From the NCBI RefSeq assembly GCF_004010195.1, contig NC_057757.1, forward strand, positions 2,396,276-2,460,275: a stretch of DNA of 64,000 bases, given 5' to 3'. Position 1 is the stretch's first letter. Each line of letters begins with the position of its first letter. The notes under the pieces were generated by a model that was not told the origin of the DNA, searched no databases, and saw only the letters and a list, made by a program, of their open reading frames with translations. This DNA comes from Chiloscyllium plagiosum (Eukaryota). The position numbers and the translations under genes are program-made. Of this stretch, positions 63,406-64,000 are shown piece after piece.

Positions 63406-64000
63406 CGTACAGCAGCATCAGGATCCCAACCTGTGGCCAGAAACAGATTCCAACAATGACCGCGCACATTGAAGTTAAAAAAAACTAAATCTCTGCACAC
63501 CAAGAGAACTCAAAGTCACTCAGTATCAGCAACCACTCTTCCCTCCCATCCCCCCCTCCTGTCTCCACAACACCAGCATTCACCCCTCACCACCATCCTC
63601 CCCTTAACTCCTCCTGTTTGCCTATGAGCTTCCTCAATTTCCCCCTCTATCACCTTCACCCTTCCCTCCACATCCTTGTCGCTCTAATATTACAAATATT
63701 TCTCCTTTTTCCCCTAGTAATCCACCACTCCCTTTTAAATACACACTGTGACTCGCCCCTACCTTTCACCCCATGTCACCATGCACCCTTCAAATTCTGC
63801 ACCCCCTTTCCCTGACTCCCACCACCTTCCTCCTTGTTTCCCAAGCTTAGTTTGCTCTCCAGACCCCTCTCACCATATTCCCTCCTCCTTCCCATGCCCC
63901 CATATCACCTTCCATCTTTCCTCATTGTGTCATGCCAATAACCTCCCGAAACACACGCTCCGACCACCCCATCCCCGTTCCCTTCCTCCTTCCACCTCTC

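Noticed and set aside
62738..63472. 244-aa plus-strand ORF
   Set aside because: It is the antisense shadow of CNTROB exon 1.
63535..64000. C/T-rich strand asymmetry (G-quadruplex or triplex potential)
   Set aside because: It is low-complexity intronic sequence with no specific evidence of function.

Overview
This is vertebrate genomic DNA. The repeat content (HE1-like tRNA SINEs, CR1/HER1-like LINEs, Penelope-derived elements) points to a cartilaginous fish, probably a shark; that taxon call is inference. Two genes lie head-to-tail on the minus strand. (1) Centrobin (CNTROB): all 19 coding exons were traced by hand from 63405 down to 20751 with GT-AG junctions and consistent phases, giving 3762 nt and a 1253-aa protein. 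(2) The 5' end of a retinal membrane guanylyl cyclase, called GUCY2D from its protein and from the CNTROB-GUCY2D order known in human: two coding exons, plus a predicted non-coding first exon and a promoter carrying CRX/OTX-type sites. The rest is mostly transposon debris: SINEs, CR1, Rex1, Penelope, two solo LTRs, MITEs and minisatellites, with one ~1 kb N gap. The most notable non-genic signal is a set of short palindromic Penelope-derived insertions with 11-16 bp target-site duplications that carry minimal type I hammerhead ribozyme cores; two copies look nearly intact. There is also a complex inverted duplication in CNTROB intron 4. No prokaryote-type system (CRISPR, operon) is present. 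Repeat-family names come from recognition, not from a database search.
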